Source of the DNA: Chiloscyllium plagiosum
Taxonomy: Eukaryota
Direction of reading: 5' to 3'
DNA length: 64,000 nt
Assembly (NCBI RefSeq): GCF_004010195.1
Contig: NC_057756.1
Location: 5,436,093-5,500,092 of the forward strand
A program made the position numbers and the translations under genes. The notes under the pieces are model-generated. The model was given only the letters and a program-made list of their open reading frames with translations, ran no database searches and was not told where the DNA came from. Each line of letters opens with the position of its first letter. The stretch's first letter is position 1. Below, one piece after another: positions 12,831 through 24,556 of the stretch.

Positions 12831-13492
12831 GTACTGCCCTCTCCTGCACTGTCAGAGTAGAACCAGGCCTTCCATGGGGTGATGGGGAGCTACTGAAGAG
12901 CTAGTGTACAGTACAGGATGGGTGCTGAGTGTTGGTGTACCCTGAGCACCCGCTGTGTTGCTGGGAACATCTTCCTCTTTACGATCTTGGGGTCCTCTCA
13001 GTTCCTGTCTCTCGGCTGTTTGATTTTGACATTGGTGGCACGGAGTGCTTTGTAATCTGAATGGTAGAAGTTCTCTCTCTCTCTCTCTGTGGGATATTGG
13101 GTCCTTTTGGTCTGTCATGACAGGCTGAATGGCCACCTCCTGTGCCAAAGGTGATGATGTGACGTGTTGATGTGTAAACTGTCCAATGGCTGGTCTGCAG
13201 TGGTGTGTGATGGCGTAGGCTGGGAATCCATAACGCACTCGCGGTAATGTAGGTGTGACAGTGGGGGTGAGGGCAGGGAGGGAGGGAGTGAGTCTGTAAT
13301 GGAGGTGTGGGGGCTTTATGAGTCTGTAGACCGCGGGCATATAATTTGGTGTATAATTTGCATTGTTTAAAATGTACTGTACTGAGGTTTCAGCCCTCTG
13401 CGTGTGGGACCCTTGTCTGGAGTGGGGACCACAGCAGATGGGGCGATGTTGGACTCATTTCCTGGTGAATAATCTTCCCTCTCTGCCCTCAG

Positions 13493-13639
13493 ATTGGCTG
13501 TTTGTGGTCCTGGTTGTTCTCGGGTTTGTCATTCTGCTGATCCTGATTAGTGTTTGCTGGTGCCAGTGCTGCCCTCACACTTGCTGCTGTTATGTACGGT
13601 GTCCCTGTTGTCCAGAGAAATGCTGCTGTCCATATGCAT
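13493..13639 (+). CDS. LSR: LSR exon 5 (transmembrane helix + Cys-rich region, 147 bp)
   Basis: (D)[48 protein letters not shown]; ag and gtgagt boundaries. Confidence 0.97.
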
Positions 13640-14205
13640 GTGAGTAACCCTGTCTTCACTCGGACCTTTTCTGTCAACATGGAATGTTCCTCAGATCTAA
13701 TCTTTGACTGAGCAGAGCAGAATCACTGTAAATATTGTAATGGGTTGGTGCAGAGGTACCTGCAGAGGGAGGGAGAAGTGAATAGAGCCCAGAACAAAGG
13801 TCAGGATCTTCACATCAATGATGGGTGGAACTTGGTCAAACACAGGATTACTCTCTTTCGCCCTCGCTGTCCCTCTCCCACACCACATCAACGTGACATG
13901 GCTCGAAGTGGTCAAATATTTCAAAGCTTTGGTCATGTTTTGATGGGGTCTGAGGGTTAGCAACCACAGTGACTAAGTAGGGCTAAAATATAGATCAGTC
14001 ACAGTCTGCACGGGGGGAACACCTTCAATGGGCTGAATGGCCGCCTGATATTGTGAGGCGGGGGGGGGGGGGGGGGGGGGCAAATGGCCATCTGTTCCTG
14101 TGTGATGATTACAGTTTAGGTGATGTGGTAGGCTGTGGCAATTTGGGAATATTTCTCACTGGTGTCTAGTTCAATGTGTTTTCTCTCTTTCCCCCCCCCC
14201 TCCAG

Positions 14206-14385
14206 TATATCATGCTGGGAAAGCAGCTACAGCAGGTGTGCCTAGTCTCTACGCCCCCAGTACCTACGCTCCCAGTGTGTACTCCCACCCCAGTCAAGGC
14301 AAGATGCAGCCCCCGCTCCCGGTCATGGTCCCAATGACCCAGTTTAATGGAGGCTATGGATCGGATTTCGATGGAGCCAGCTCAG
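14206..14385 (+). CDS. LSR: LSR exon 6
   Basis: tccag acceptor, G|gtacgt donor. (L)YHAGKAATAGVPSLYAPSTYAPSVYSHP...GYGSDFDGASS. Confidence 0.93.
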
Positions 14386-14929
14386 GTACGTCACCAAACA
14401 CTGCAGACACAGAACAACGGGAATCGTCGGCAGTTCAAGCAGCAGCCAAGAGAGAGAAACAGCGCCAGTTTGGGTGGAGCTGGCTCTGCACTCAGGGTAA
14501 ATGGTCATGCATGTGAGATGTTAACTCTTGAGAGGAGCAGCAGTTTCAGCTCTGGTCCCAGCTGGCTGCCCAGAGTGAAGGGGGCAGGAGTTACCTAGTT
14601 ATGGCCATGGAAACCAGCAGGATAGCGCCATTGAGGAAGTGGTCGGTTGTGATCTAGAACAGAGGTGCAGGCTCAAGGGGCTGAATGGCCGGTTCCCTTT
14701 ACCAGCTCTTGGGACGCAGTAACGTTCTGGACTCAGGAGGGGAGGGGATGAGGGCCCAGTGGGATGTTGCTCCCAGATTTTTGGGCCAGGGGTTTTGATG
14801 GGGTTCCCAAGCTAAGCACCACCATGCCACCCCTCTCCCCCACCCAGCAGAATGGGATGGCTCTCTCCTGGGCTGTGGGGCAGGGGGTTTAATGGGCCCC
14901 AGCCCAAACCTCCCTCTTCCCCCCTTCGG

Positions 14930-15335
14930 AATATATTCATTGGAATTCAGAAGAATTGGTGGAGGGGAGGAGATCTTACCGAAAGATATAAACTGATGAA
15001 GGGAATCTATGTGAGAGAAGCAGGAGGGTATCGGAACGAGGGGCACAGCCTCAAGATAACGGGGGTGGGGAGCAGATTTCAGACGGAGCTGAGGAGGAAC
15101 CTCGGCACCCAGAGAGTTGGGAATCTGTGGGGTCCCCTGGCCAGCTGAGGCTATCACGTTGAATGTTGTTAAGGTGAAGGTAGATTTTGGAACAGTGAAG
15201 GGAGTAAGGGTTAGGGTGAGCGGGTGGATTGTTGGAGCTGAGTCCATGAAAAGATCAGCCATGATCTTACTGAATGGGAGAGCAGGTTCGAAGGGGCTGA
15301 TTGGCTGCCGCCCCCGCCTCTTTCTTGTGTTCTGA
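14930..15335 (+). mobile_element. CR1 3' fragment
   Basis: GDLTERYKLMKG...GHSLKI motif and 3' UTR. Confidence 0.75.
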
Positions 15336-15350
15336 TGATCTCCCATCAAT

Positions 15351-15522
15351 CCAGGTGAGGGGCTGGTACACTCCAGGTGAGGGGCTGGTACACTCCAGGT
15401 GAGGGGCTGGTACACTGCAGGTGAGGGGCTGGTACACTGCAGGTGAGGGGCTGGTACACGGGCTGGTACACTGCAGGTGAGGGGCTGGTACACTGCAGGT
15501 GAGGGGCTGGTACACTCCAGGC
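15351..15522. repeat. 21-bp minisatellite
   Basis: caggtgaggggctggtacactS, about 8 copies. Confidence 0.92.
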
Positions 15523-15995
15523 TGTACAACAGATTGAGAGACAGACACTGGGTTGTAACCACTGTCTGAGTCTTGATGATACAGCCTGTGATTATCATCG
15601 GAATCATGGTGTGTGCGCGTGTGTGTGTCAGATCATGTCCGCTGTTAGTCACTGAGTGGTGAAAAGCAGGTTTCAACTTGTCTCACAGAAATGTCAGTTT
15701 GTGTGGATCCTGCTCCCTTCTCTGTGCTGGAGCTTGGTACTGGGCCTGGGGCCCGGTGCAAGTCGGGCGGGGGTGGGTGGGGTCTGGTGTGGTCCTACAG
15801 GAAGTGTCTGGGTCTCTCTCTCTCTCTCTCTCTCTGGTTGCTGTGTGATGTAAATGGGCACTGGGGAATAGTACAAAGTGGGTCGTTGGAATTTGAAAGC
15901 TGCCCAGTGTTCCGTGCAGCCTAGGAGATTCGGTCGAGCGCAGTCGCCAGGCTAGGATTCAGCCTGGATGGGTGCATGGGCATGTCACAGGCTCA

Positions 15996-16095
15996 TTCTG
16001 GATCAGTGGTGCTGGAAGAGCACAGCAATTCAGGCAGCATCCGAGGACAGGCAAAATCGACGTTTCGGGCAAAAGCCCTTCATAGGTTTTTACCT
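15996..16095 (-). mobile_element. Short Penelope-derived element
   Basis: Same family as 11098; 14-bp TSD atgtcacaggctca (15982-15995, 16096-16109). Confidence 0.85.
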
Positions 16096-16402
16096 ATGTC
16101 ACAGGCTCAGACTACCCTGGGGTGTGGTGGGTGGGTTTGAGGGGTGGAGTTGGGATTGAGGTGGGCTCACAGTCTGGGACCCTGGAAAAAATTACCAGAA
16201 AGTAGTGTAGAGCCTGGCAGAGGGTTAAAGAGAGGATGGGAACCTTCGAAGAAGTGTGTGGGGCTGTATTGAACTGGGGCCTGACGCCTGAAGCCTGGGG
16301 TGTGAAGTCAGGGCCTGTGGCAGAGTTTGGAATTCAGAAGCCTGTGGCCTAACCATGTCACGCTTCCTGATCTCTCTCTCATTCTTTCACCATGTTTTCC
16401 AG

Positions 16403-16456
16403 TTGGAAACCAGAGTCGTGTTCCCCTACTACATGACCAGGACACCGCAAGCTCGG
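16403..16456 (+). CDS. LSR: LSR exon 7 (54 bp)
   Basis: ttttccag acceptor, G|gtgagt donor, phase 1-1. (V)GNQSRVPLLHDQDTASS matches the VPLLxD motif of LSR. Confidence 0.88.
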
Positions 16457-17487
16457 GTGAGTAAGCATTGTACAGTTTTATTCTCAGAGTGCTGAGATTC
16501 ACTTTGTTGCTGTTCACTGGAGGCAGGGCCGTAATCCTGGGGGGGGGGGCTGGACTGTAATGGATGAATTTGAAACCTGTGGCAATCCAGACATTCACAT
16601 TGCTGCCTCTGTCGTGAACGTGAATGTGAACAGACAGTGAAGCAGTCACATTCTCCAGGACTGGCAATTTTATATCTGGGTATTGATTGGCAGAAGTGGC
16701 CCTGTGGATGGTGTTATTTCACTCACTCCCCGGATATCGCTGTAGTCTGCTCTAACTATCTCAGTTTGAGGAACTCTGCCTCTCGAGCACAGCGTTGCCA
16801 TAGTTCAGAACTCCACCTTCCAAACCACCCTGTGCAAACAAGTTTTTCCACTTCCGCTTATTTAGTTTCGTTCTGTCACATAACCAAGGAGCTGATCCAC
16901 AAGAATAATCTCTGTGTTTACCATGTCCTTTTAACTCTTACTGCTCTGGAAAATTAATGAGAGACCATTGTACTGGGAGCTAGAAGGTGACCCTTCCCTG
17001 CTCTGCACCCTGACACCACACTGGCTTCTAGTCGGTGTCTGCACAAGGGGGACCATCCCACCACCGCGCGCCCCACTGCCCCCTCTCTACATGCACCACT
17101 GTACCCCACTGCGGTCCCCTTACTCCTTCAGGCTCCATGACCCCTTCAGACTCCATCGCTGTCAGGCCATCTTTGCTCCCACATTCTGGGCTGCCCCATG
17201 CCTCAGGTATTCCCTTGCCCCCATACCCCATTGTCCCCATATACCCTGTTGCACTTGTATGCCCCCCTCAAGCACCTCACTCCCTCAGTCCTTGACTTGG
17301 CTGCTCCCTCATTCCTTATCTTTCACTCACTCATAAATCTAACACCCAGGGAGGGTATCCATGTGGATGTGTGCACCTGCCTCCTGAGGGGGTATCTGTG
17401 TGTCTGGGTTAATGCTGATGGAGTTGTACCTCAGTTTGTTGGAGAGCTCTGTGAATAGCTACTGTTTGATAATCTCTCTCTCCACCC

Positions 17488-18017
17488 NNNNNNNNNNNNN
17501 NNNNNNNNNNNNNNNNNNNNNNNNNNNNNNNNNNNNNNNNNNNNNNNNNNNNNNNNNNNNNNNNNNNNNNNNNNNNNNNNNNNNNNNNNNNNNNNNNNNN
17601 NNNNNNNNNNNNNNNNNNNNNNNNNNNNNNNNNNNNNNNNNNNNNNNNNNNNNNNNNNNNNNNNNNNNNNNNNNNNNNNNNNNNNNNNNNNNNNNNNNNN
17701 NNNNNNNNNNNNNNNNNNNNNNNNNNNNNNNNNNNNNNNNNNNNNNNNNNNNNNNNNNNNNNNNNNNNNNNNNNNNNNNNNNNNNNNNNNNNNNNNNNNN
17801 NNNNNNNNNNNNNNNNNNNNNNNNNNNNNNNNNNNNNNNNNNNNNNNNNNNNNNNNNNNNNNNNNNNNNNNNNNNNNNNNNNNNNNNNNNNNNNNNNNNN
17901 NNNNNNNNNNNNNNNNNNNNNNNNNNNNNNNNNNNNNNNNNNNNNNNNNNNNNNNNNNNNNNNNNNNNNNNNNNNNNNNNNNNNNNNNNNNNNNNNNNNN
18001 NNNNNNNNNNNNNNNNN
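17488..18017. other. Assembly gap in LSR intron 7
   Basis: N run flanked by C-rich sequence. Confidence 1.
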
Positions 18018-18074
18018 CCCCCCTCTCAACCACCCCCACCCTCACACCACCATCCCCCCTCTCTCCCCTCACAG

Positions 18075-18203
18075 TGCGCAGTGGCTACAGAATTCAGGCC
18101 AATCAGCACAACGATGACATGCGGGTCCTGTACTATGTGGAAAAGGAACTTGCCCATTTTGACCCCAAGTCTCCTGGTGACTCCAGCTCGAAATATGAGA
18201 ACA
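18075..18203 (+). CDS. LSR: LSR exon 8
   Basis: (V)RSGYRIQANQHNDDMRVLYYVEKELAHFDPKSPG..., an angulin family signature; acag and gtgagt boundaries. Confidence 0.95.
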
Positions 18204-18510
18204 GTGAGTTTACAGAAAAAGCGTACTGTGTGTTTGAGACGCACAGTACAGTGGGCAATGCAGTTGTCAGTAAATGATTTACAGAAACCATGGGGTGGAT
18301 TGGTGTTCTGGGCAGTTGGTGTTCTGTGTTTTCTGCTATTTTGCTTGTTGCTGTTGCATGGCAGGCTTTCGTCTGTGGGTCACCTGTTAAACTTTGGTCC
18401 TTATCCTTGCTTACAATCTAACCACATGAATCCTAGGGACTGCTTTGTGTCTCACAAATCTCTCTCTCTCTTCCCCCCCCCCCCCCCCCCCCCCCTTCCC
18501 ACTCCTGCAG

Positions 18511-19157
18511 CCTCCGCGATGAGTGAGGTGTCTTCCTTGCACGAAGATCATAACACGAGGAATAACTTACACAGCAACATTGGCAGGGTCCGTATGCAGG
18601 CCATGCCCCCGATCAGGGACATAGATGAGGAAAGTGCTGTGAGCAGTGTGTCCCGTCAGACACCGAGACGAGACTACGGTTGGCACGATGATGATCGTGT
18701 TTACCGTGGGAGTCACCAGCGGGCCCGGTCGATGGAGAGCCTTGATGACATAGGCAGGCGGGATCGGGATTACCCCCAGGGTCGTCAGGAATTCGATCGC
18801 AGCCGAGGGAGGCGCGAGTCCGATAGCGAGGCGTCCAGCCGAGGCTACGCCCATGACAGGCGGCGCAGAGATTATTCCCCTGAGTACCACCACGGAGAGT
18901 ACAGGAAGCGTAGCCGCAGCCGCGATGATCTGATGGAGCTGGAGCGAAGCCGGGACTACGCCACGGGGGGCTACCACGATTCCTTCCTGGATGACGTTCT
19001 CCGGAAGAAGCGAGGTGCAGGCCGTGATGTGGACAGCAGTAGTGGCTCCACCGCGAGATCCCGGGCCAGGAGAGACGCGGATCTGCCCCAACCACCACCA
19101 TACACTGAGACAGAGTCCGTGTCCTCCAGGGGTAGAAATGAGAAGAAGCTGAGAAAG
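18511..19157 (+). CDS. LSR: LSR exon 9 (Arg/Ser/Asp-rich cytoplasmic tail)
   Basis: ctgcag acceptor, AAG|gtcagt donor. SAMSEVSSLHED...RARSMESLDD...RSRSRDDL...PPPYTETESVSSR. Confidence 0.95.
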
Positions 19158-19199
19158 GTCAGTCAACTCAGAACTGAGATTTCTGGGCACCTTCTTTAA

Positions 19200-19680
19200 G
19201 GCAGAATGGAGAGAGAGTGCAGTGAAGATTTCCTAGAATGATACCAGGAATGAGGGATTTTAGATACAAGGAAAGATGAGAACAATTGAGCTTGTTGTCC
19301 TTGGAGCAGAGAAGGTTAAGAAGTGACCTTTATTGAGATGATCAAAAATACCATCAATTTTAACAGGGTATAGAAAGACATTCTGTTTCCATTATGTCAG
19401 TAACATAGGATCACATTTTCAAAACTGTCAGCAAGAGTGCGAGGAGGGAAAACTTCTTTACTCAAGAGTTGTTAGGATTTATAATGTGCTGTCCATGGGA
19501 GTGGCAGAGGCAGATTTCACAGGAGGTTCAAAAAAAGATAGATATTTAAAAAGTGATCAAGTTAGAGGGCAACAGCGATAGGGCTGGTGAGTGGGACTAA
19601 CTGGATAACTCTTACAGGAGCTGGTACATCTGCGATGAACTGGATAGCCTCCTTCTGTCGTATAAAATTCTATGATTCTA
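19200..19680 (+). mobile_element. CR1 3' fragment in the last LSR intron
   Basis: ttgtccttggagcagagaaggttaagaagtgacc...ttctatgattcta tail. A related copy lies at about 39290-39800. Confidence 0.75.
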
Positions 19681-20016
19681 ACTCGGGTGCACGGGATGGG
19701 GATAAGTGGGAATGATAAAAATGTCTGAATTGTGTGGATCTTCTAACAAAGGGCAGTCCCGTTGCTGATGCTAAGTGACAACTGTTCGGACAATGGTCTA
19801 AAGCTGAGTGACCAACACGAACCAATGGGCTCTGGGTTCCAGTGCTGTTCCTGAGTTCAGGACTCGCTCCAGCCCTGGTGCCTGGGGTCCAGACTCTGGC
19901 CTACGGTTAGAGTATATTGAATTTTTAGGGGTTTATGGGACATGAATCCCAGCTACCGAGTCTCTCGCTGCCTCTCTCTCTCAAGCAATAAATACATTGT
20001 TTTGTTTGTTTTACAG

Positions 20017-20052
20017 AATGATGCTGTCAGTCGTGAGAGTTTGGTGGTTTAA
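20017..20052 (+). CDS. LSR: LSR last coding exon
   Basis: ttttacag acceptor, phase 0. NDAVSRESLVV* matches the LSR C-terminus. Confidence 0.95.
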   Translation, partial: NDAVSRESLVV

Positions 20053-21311
20053 TGGTTGAGGAGAGGATTAATACAGGATCAAAGTCCCTCTAGTGACAGA
20101 TCTCCATGGAAACTGACCAGCATCAACTCTCTTACCTCCTCTAACAATCGAATTCTTTATTCCTCCTCCAGATGGGTCAAAATAGCTGTATTTCTCTTCA
20201 ATTATTGATTTTTCAAATGTTTTATACTTTTTGAGACTTTATAATCTCCGATATCACTGGGGGAATATCTGAACATTTCTGTGAACTCCGAGCAATTTCT
20301 GCAGTAAAAGTTCCGGAATGATTTTCCATCTAAACTCCCTACACTTGAGGGGGTGGGAAAAATGAGCCTTTAGAAGTTGCCATACCTGGGGAGTTTAGGG
20401 AGGGTGAGGGTGCCCCTGTTCCAGCCCACAACTGCCACCACTCTACCATCCCTTGCCCTGTCCCAGTTCCGTCTCCTGCACCAGTTATCGGGGATCAGTG
20501 CAAAGGGTTTCTCCCTAGTTTCCCCTCCAGGTACGACCAAAATATAGATTAAGGAGGCAGTGGTCCTGAGGGGAGGAGCATTTTCTGTTTTTATACAATT
20601 AGTATTAATTTTTTTTTAAAAACTGTAAATGTTTTTAGATTTGAAACACTTGTTTTTATACACCACAAGCTATTCTTGAAGTATACCTTTCCCCCGTGGA
20701 GGATATTTTCTCTTGCACCATGTCCTTGCAGTGTATCAGGCATTCTAGTGTATAACTTGTAAAACTGGGAGTTCTCAGCTGAGTTTGCCCATCAGGCCTG
20801 TCGACTTTAGAGAATGTGATTCTAAAGGGAACTGAACTTAGCCCCGTTTTTGACTATTCCTGGGATCCTCCAAGTGTCCCAGACAGTTTCTCTCCGACAT
20901 GCTGTGCTGTTCTATAAACTGGGCAGTGTGATTGAGTGAGATCTGATGTCCAGAGAGAATTCCCTGCGTATCATTTCCAGGACCTTAAAGTGGACCATGT
21001 CTTTCTGCCTTTACCCTTTTTTTTTTTGTGCACTGGTTTATCATGTGCAAACAAATGAATCTGTTTCTGTGTTTTGCTTTGGAGAATAGTGTGGTGTTTT
21101 TTTGCTGTCTTGTAAATACAAAACCGGTCCAGCATTGTGTGAGAGATAAGTGGATAATATCTGAGACGTATTGTGCCCGAGTAGATTCTCACTGAGAACA
21201 GGCCCATTATGAGTTTTATTTTAAAATGGAAATGGACTGCAGCTATTGTGAAGATTTGAATTTTAATTCTAAATGAAAACATTGACTGTGTACAGGTTCA
21301 CCGATTTGGAC

Positions 21312-21317
21312 AATAAA
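21312..21317 (+). terminator. Probable LSR polyadenylation signal
   Basis: AATAAA about 1.26 kb after the stop codon, at the end of repeat-free, U-rich UTR-like sequence. Confidence 0.6.
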
Positions 21318-21719
21318 AGCATATTTGTATTAGCCTGCCAACCAGAGCTGATTAATGAGCTGCAAAGCTGGCAATGAAGTGGATCTTGGACAGTGTAAAC
21401 CTGAAGAGGTTTTACAGCCACCACACTCCTCAATCCAGTGTGCAATTCACTGACAATCTGACACTTTGGCTTGGTCCAGAGAGAGGTTCTTCCCTGCCTC
21501 CATCTTTCAAACAGTCACCTCTGCAACATTCAGAGAGAGTCCTAAGTATAGGCTGATGACAGGGGTAGAAGTGAACATCTTCCAATGCTCTGCACTCTGT
21601 CACATCTCCCCGGGCTGGTTCACTGGAAATCAAGATGCACGATTCCTGGGGTCATCACAAAAGTGATTATTGGATTAAACTCCGAAATGTCTCTAATTCT
21701 ACCTCGCCATTTAATTCGG

Positions 21720-21915
21720 GATGTGGAGGTGCCGCTGTCGATGAGCAAAGTTGGAAGTCGCATGATGCCAGGTTACAGTCCAAGAGGTTTATTTGAAATC
21801 ACAGGCTTTTAGAGCACTGCTCCTTTGTCAGGGGCAACTCGAAGGAACAGTGCTCCGAAAGCTTGTGATTTCAAATAAACCTCTTGGACGTGTGTCGTGT
21901 GACTTCTGACTTTGT
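21720..21915. mobile_element. Fold-back Penelope-derived element, different family
   Basis: gtccaagaggtttatttgaaatcaca...tgtgatttcaaataaacctcttggac inverted arms; ggaacagtgctcc-GAAAGCTT hammerhead-like half. Confidence 0.75.
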
Positions 21916-23479
21916 ATGATTCAAGGTAATGGGATGTATACAGGTTCCCATAAACGTAAAAAAGTAACTACTTGTTGTGATCAAACCGTTTTTAATTAAT
22001 AGCAAGAAAGAAACATGAATTGCTCAGCTATAACTAGGTTGGAGAATTCTGATCATTAGTCTCTGAGTAACCGGTTGATCATTTGCCCTTTTTGCTGCTT
22101 CTGCCAGTGGTTTCTCCCCTTTTCCTTTCAACAAGAGGACTGAAGAGAGAGCCACTCAAAGAGGAAAGGTGAGAGAGAGTAACTAACTACTAGGGATTTT
22201 CATTTACATTTATATTTCCCCACAAAGGAGATGCTTTCTCTTCACTGACCAATGTTTCTATAGTATTATCCACTCTCAAGCCTGTAGCCTCATGCCCAGG
22301 AACTATGCTGAGCATCCCTAAACAAAAGATATCCTCAACGCCATCACCTCCTGCCATCCACCCAACATAACTGCCTGAATGAGACATTTTATGTACAATA
22401 CACAATGAATTGCATTTTTCAAACTACATTCTCTTTTCCACAATTTTTAGTCCACAGTTCAATCAAAGAAAGTGTGATTGGTTGCTGGGAGAACTGACCC
22501 ATTTAATAGGACAGAGTGTGCCCATAATTGTAGCCCCTGCTTCACAAGCTGTTATTAAAAACAAAGCTGAGATGACCAATTCATCTTGCTGATTGCTGTT
22601 CAAGGTAAGAGCAATTCACACCAGGTTTTGTCGCTAACAGAAAATCATTAATTATTGTAATGCTCTACAACACATCATAAAATTATTTAAAATGTATTAT
22701 TATTAAGAGATGTTAATGCCCTAATGGGGCAAAATTAGAACATTGATGTTCTAATCCTAATTGACATTAATGGACAAGTCTGATCCAGACTGAAATCTGC
22801 CTTGATAGACTATTTTTCTCTTTAGCTTTAACAAGGCAATCTTTCACTGAAACACATGGCAAACAATGCTGATGATTTACTTTGAACAAAATCAGTAAAC
22901 TTATTACACAAAAGAAATTAGAATAAATAGAACTACTTATATACAAGTTTAAAGATGTTGAAACTAATTTTAAAAAATGTTTAATCCCACCAAGTTCTCC
23001 TTACAGAAATCAAACACCATAATGTTGCCAATCACAGGGACTAGGTTAAATTGTCATAGGTACATAGTATTTTACAGCATGCAAACAGTCCACTTGGTCC
23101 ATTATGAATCATGCCCCTTATCTAGCATTAATTTACTTTAATCCCAATTTCCATGATTTGGACCATAGCCTTGCACACTGTGGCACTTGCACACCACATG
23201 AGGAACAAAATTCTCAAGACCAAACAGCCAGATCTGCCAGCATAGCTTAATTTACCTCAGTTGTTTTTTCTGTGATGTAATGGTCGCTCTTCACTCTAGT
23301 GGTTGATCGGTTGGACCTAGGTCTTTTGAACATAGATGGGTGTTCTAATCTATGACATTACTGATCCAGCTTCACTTTCCATATGATAACCTACCAGTGA
23401 CCTTACCCTAATGACCTCAGAGTCCTGCCCCATGGCCTCTGATGCTCAGAGCCCCACCTCCTCAGGGAATAGCTCCTAT

Positions 23480-24357
23480 ACACAGCCCCTCTCACTGGTG
23501 ACCTCACAGAGCCCCACGCTGATGACCTCACAGAGCCCCACCCTGATGACCTCACAGACCCTCTCAATGATGACCTCTTAGCCCCTCAGTGATGACCTCA
23601 CAGCCCCTCACTGATGACCTCAGTCTCCCTCTCACTGATGACCTCACAGCCCTTTCACTGATGACCTCACAGCCCTCTCACTGAGGACCTCAGTCTCCCT
23701 GTCACTGATGACCTCACAGCCCCTCTCAGTGATGACCTCAACGCCCCTCACTGATGACCTCGTCTCCCTCACTGATGACCTCACAGCCCTCTCACTGATG
23801 ACCTCAGTCTCCCTGTCACTGATGACCTCACAGCCCCTCTCAGTGATGACCTCACAGTCCCTCACTGATGACCTCGTCTCCCTCTCACTGATGACCTCAC
23901 AGCCCTCTCACTGATGACCTCAGTCTCCCTGTCACTGATGACCTCACAGCCCCTCAGTGATGACACCTCAGCCCCTCTCAGTGATGACCTCACAGCCCCT
24001 CTCACTGATGACCTCACAGCCCCTCTCTGTGATGACCTCAGTCTCCCTCTCTGTGATGACCTCAGTCTCCCTCTCTGTGATGACCCTGTGATGACCTCAG
24101 TCTCCCTCTCTGTGATGACCTCACAGCCCCTCTCTGTGATGACCTCACAGCCCCTCTCTGTGATGACCTCACAGCCCCTCTGTGATGACCGCACAGCCCT
24201 CTCTGTGATGACCTCACAGCCCCTCTCTGTGATGACCTCACAGCCCCTCTCTGTGATGACCTCACAGCCCCTCTGTGATGACCTCACAGCCCCTCAGTGA
24301 TGACCTCACAGCCCTCTCTGTGATGACCTCACAGCCCCTCTCAGTGATGACCTCACA
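23480..24357. repeat. About 22-bp minisatellite upstream of FAM187 copy 1
   Basis: tgatgacctcacagcccctctcWS, roughly 40 copies. Confidence 0.95.
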
Positions 24358-24556
24358 AAGGTCCAGCCCCTCCCCCTTGGATCCACCAACTCGTAGTCCC
24401 GCCCCCGGTGACCTCCACCTGGTGACGCCCAGAGCCACACCCCCTGGTGACCTCACAGTGACCCCCGGCCCCCACGGGGCCTGGTGCCCCCTCGGCCGGC
24501 CGGCCGCCCCCGGGTTTTCCTGGCGGCGGGGAGGGGGGAGGGAGGCGGGGGCCTGG

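Noticed and set aside
14699-15676. 325-aa minus-strand ORF
   Set aside because: Spans a 21-bp minisatellite and an antisense CR1 fragment in an LSR intron; no domain signal.
18567-19190. Antisense ORFs over LSR exon 9 (and similar ones over the FAM187 genes)
   Set aside because: Shadow ORFs of GC-rich coding sequence.
17400-19199. 599-aa ORF
   Set aside because: Artefact of reading through an N-gap and intron; only 18511-19157 is coding in this frame.
23480-24357. CRISPR-like appearance of short repeats
   Set aside because: No unique spacers, eukaryotic context and no cas genes; this is a plain minisatellite.
24275-24556. N-terminal extension of FAM187 copy 1
   Set aside because: Derived from minisatellite and GC-rich spacer; the signal peptide begins at ATG 24557.
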